From Gemmatimonadota bacterium (GTDB lineage Bacteria; Gemmatimonadota; Gemmatimonadetes; Gemmatimonadales; GWC2-71-9): a stretch of 14,406 nt of DNA. The DNA lies in NCBI GenBank assembly GCA_036679645.1, contig JAZDCY010000096.1, forward strand, positions 1 to 14,406, written 5' to 3'. The notes beneath the pieces are model-generated. The model was not told the DNA's origin. It searched no databases and saw only the letters and a program-made list of their open reading frames with translations. Shown here in pieces: positions 14,178 through 14,406 of the stretch. Position 1 is the first letter of the stretch; every line of letters begins with the position of its first letter. The translations under genes were made by a program, and so were the position numbers.

Positions 14178-14399
14178 TCACTCGTCGAGCGCTTCCCGCA
14201 CCATCTCCGGCGTGAGCGGAGGAGCATCAGGTGGCACGTCGAAGATTGGAACGCCGTGCTCGCCGATCTGGGGCTCAGCGGGACGCAAGCCCCGGCGGGC
14301 CAGATCGGAAATGACATCCCCGATGCTGCGGTTCTCCGTGGCAGCCAGGCTCCGGGCCGCCCGGAGGATGTCGTCATCCAACGTGAGCGTTGTTCGCAT
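14178..14399 (-). CDS. vapB: VapB family antitoxin
   Basis: MRTTLTLDDDILRAARSLA...SIGDVISDLARRGL...GVPIF...LTPEMV; directly upstream of vapC. Confidence 0.9.
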   Translation of the reverse strand: MRTTLTLDDDILRAARSLAATENRSIGDVISDLARRGLRPAEPQIGEHGVPIFDVPPDAPPLTPEMVREALDE

Positions 14400-14406
14400 C
14401 AAGGCA

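Noticed and set aside
14177..14377. N-terminal extension of VapC in the ORF track
   Set aside because: Overlaps vapB; the PIN domain starts at ATG 14176.
1..14406. CRISPR array, tRNA/rRNA, IS element or integrase
   Set aside because: No regularly spaced repeats, RNA gene signatures or recombinase/transposase ORFs seen.

Overview
GC-rich bacterial accessory region; the gene content is reminiscent of Gemmatimonadota, which is an inference only. Toxin-antitoxin loci sit at both ends: an RHH antitoxin with a truncated MazF/PemK toxin on the left, and an AbiEii-like nucleotidyltransferase with a small partner plus VapBC on the right. The core holds two copies of one module: a stand-alone AraC-type HTH regulator (about 80% aa identity between copies) preceded by a conserved ATGAC-N8-ATGAC/poly-G leader that encodes a candidate micro-ORF, MT(E/S)GDDLLRGGGGL(P)L. 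Each regulator is transcribed divergently from an operon with a small Sec-exported Cys-rich peptide. Module A carries a 139-aa 7-Cys protein, a 6-bladed beta-propeller and a TPR/GWxTD protein. Module B carries a membrane-anchored TlpA-like CPYC thioredoxin and a 70-aa 8-Cys peptide with a CS-alpha-beta defensin-like Cys pattern. Between the modules is a translationally coupled operon: DUF4876-like lipoprotein, TonB-dependent receptor, and a frameshifted beta-barrel protein. It has its own promoter overlapped by a palindrome. The best candidate for an undescribed system is the regulator/poly-G-leader-controlled secreted Cys-rich peptide cassette. All family calls come from motif recognition by eye; no searches were run.
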